From Candidatus Lokiarchaeum ossiferum (GTDB taxonomy: Archaea; Asgardarchaeota; Lokiarchaeia; Sigyniarchaeales; Promethearchaeaceae): 32,000 nucleotides of DNA. Location: assembly GCA_025839675.1 (NCBI GenBank), contig CP104013.1:3060001-3092000 (forward strand), written 5' to 3'. A program made the position numbers and the translations under genes. The notes below the pieces were generated by a model, which was not told the origin of the DNA, did no database searches, and saw nothing but the letters and a program-made list of their open reading frames with translations. How positions within the stretch are numbered: the first letter of the stretch is position 1; each line of letters starts with the position of its first letter. Positions 31,497-32,000 of the stretch are shown here, piece by piece.

Positions 31497-32000
31497 TTAA
31501 TCCCACGGATTGAATTTTTCTCGACTTTTCATGTTAAATTTTTTCTGAATATCATTAATCAATTGATTTTTGCAGTAATCATCAATGAACTGTTCAATCA
31601 ATTCTTGTTCTGAGAAATCATAGCTTTCTGCAAGATTTGAGTTTTGAGAAAAAATGTAGTTAATTATTGAAAAAGCTGTATTTGGAATATTAGAGACAGA
31701 ATGCATCCTAAAATTAGGATTCGAATTTGTTTTTAAAATTAAATTGTTCAAATGGTTTGAAAAATGAGATAAATTAGGATATTGAGCAATTTTCATTGAT
31801 TTCATGTATTCAGGATTTTCAACAATGTTCTCATCGAGAAATAAAAGGAATGATTCTGATATCTCATCTATCAAAGCATGAGAGAATGAAGGAGGTAAAC
31901 CAGTTGTTATGACTAAAACATCAACTTCTTGCTCAAATTGCTCAAAATAAGAACTTTCAAAGTCAAATAGATATTTTCCAAGTTTGATTGATCTTAGTTT
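31497..32000 (-). CDS. Hypothetical protein, 5'-truncated by the window edge
   Basis: The track starts this ORF at a TTG (31874). The same frame stays open for all 42 codons up to position 32000 (KLRSIKLGKYLFDFESSYFEQFEQEVDVLVITTGLPPSFSHA...), so the gene probably starts outside the window. No family recognised. Confidence 0.45.
   Translation of the reverse strand, partial: KLRSIKLGKYLFDFESSYFEQFEQEVDVLVITTGLPPSFSHALIDEISESFLLFLDENIVENPEYMKSMKIAQYPNLSHFSNHLNNLILKTNSNPNFRMHSVSNIPNTAFSIINYIFSQNSNLAESYDFSEQELIEQFIDDYCKNQLINDIQKKFNMKSREKFNPWD

Overview
This is an AT-rich window (roughly one-third G+C by eye, not computed) that is densely coding. It carries archaeal hallmarks: a Zn-ribbon MBF1, a thiolase+DUF35 pair, an Lrp/AsnC regulator, oligo-T tracts after stop codons, and GGAGG-type Shine-Dalgarno (SD) ribosome-binding sites. 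I cannot identify the organism; an Asgard-type archaeon is only a guess. The backbone is an apparently complete lysine-fermentation (3-keto-5-aminohexanoate) pathway spread over several transcription units. These are kdd-kamA-(P-loop)-(MutS-like)-kamD-kamE, kal, a HemL-like beta-transaminase (Kat candidate) plus kce, an AtoD/AtoA-type CoA transferase, thiolase/DUF35, an acyl-CoA dehydrogenase and an HSD10-like SDR. Several non-metabolic oddities sit among these genes. (1) A compact ~550-aa homolog of the eukaryotic major vault protein lies divergent from a putative CARF-like/wHTH regulator. (2) A 1106-aa, very AT-rich ORFan splits kal from kat-kce; it shows degenerate repeated wHTH + Lrp-RAM-like modules. 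(3) Upstream of that ORFan, an ~389-bp-offset segmental duplication carries a decayed copy of its 5' end and two SD-led paralogous micro-ORFs (MNVPNDVQLPQ / MKIPNDVFTP). Other features are a PepD-like probable pseudoenzyme, a bacterial-type HMG-CoA synthase with a C-terminal Cys/His extension, and a DEAD-box helicase with a repeat-rich basic tail. There is also a tightly coupled MBF1-HflX pair, a beta-grasp protein ending in GGK, tRNA-Ser(GCU), and two edge-truncated genes missing from the ORF track. All homology statements rest on motif recognition and on sequences recalled from memory, not on searches.
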